Assembly (NCBI GenBank): GCA_033762115.1
Contig: JANRLX010000049.1
Span: 1-25,567 of the forward strand
Direction of reading: 5' to 3'
DNA length: 25,567 bases
Source: Verrucomicrobiota bacterium
GTDB taxonomy: Bacteria > Verrucomicrobiota > Verrucomicrobiia > Limisphaerales > SXQI01
The notes below the pieces were generated by a model that was given only the letters and a program-made list of their open reading frames with translations, searched no databases and was not told the DNA's origin. Below are positions 25,400 through 25,567 of this stretch, piece after piece. Numbering within the stretch: the first letter of the stretch is position 1; each line of letters starts with the position of its first letter. The translations under genes were made by a program, and so were the position numbers.

Positions 25400-25567
25400 A
25401 TGAACATCAAACTATTATTCGCGAGCTTACTGACATTGGCGTCATTCACTGCCGGTTACGCACAGACACTGGACAAAGCCAAACTCGACCAGTTTTTTGA
25501 CCGGCTCGCCCAAAAGAATAAGGCGATGGGGAACCTCGTCATCACCAAAGACGGCAACGTTGTTTAT
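25400..25567 (+). CDS. Secreted serine hydrolase/beta-lactamase-family protein, N-terminus only (runs off the window)
   Basis: Read by hand: MNIKLLFASLLTLASFTAGYAQTLDKAKLDQFFDRLAQKNKAMGNLVITKDGNVVY; signal peptide plus G.lvi.kdG.vvY strand; catalytic SxxK not in the window. Confidence 0.65.
   Translation, partial: MNIKLLFASLLTLASFTAGYAQTLDKAKLDQFFDRLAQKNKAMGNLVITKDGNVVY

Noticed and set aside
1..25567. CRISPR array, IS element, prophage or anti-phage defence system
   Set aside because: No spaced direct repeats, transposase, integrase, structural phage genes or recognisable defence domains were seen

Overview
Ordinary bacterial chromosome, most likely Verrucomicrobiota/PVC. This is inferred from an H-X9-DG prepilin-like protein, planctomycete-type cytochrome c domains and TNLxxW...FYR C-terminal tails. 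No CRISPR array, rRNA, intact tRNA, transposase or integrase is visible. Left to right: CII-like HTH gene plus a secreted protein; GT2 glycosyltransferase; a 6S RNA (ssrS, ~2444-2622, not in the ORF track) heading a coupled rarA / 5-formyl-THF cyclo-ligase / rny operon; orphan Ku; AraC regulator divergent from a prepilin-like gene; SRPBCC protein; two secreted or lipoprotein genes; a periplasmic redox cluster (NIPSNAP, DUF1573-diheme cytochrome c, Tat Gfo/Idh/MocA, tandem cytochrome c-FGE-like fusion); rpmE-prfA-HAD; an internally deleted surface-protein pseudogene; conserved hypotheticals; and a lower-GC DUF2975/HTH/serine-hydrolase cassette with a palindromic operator. The most notable signals are the 6S RNA operon layout, a C-to-G strand-skew reversal near an inverted pair of DnaA-box-like sites, the cytochrome/oxidoreductase cluster, and repeated leaderless or very-short-leader promoter geometry. 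Domain names come from motif recognition by eye, not database searches.
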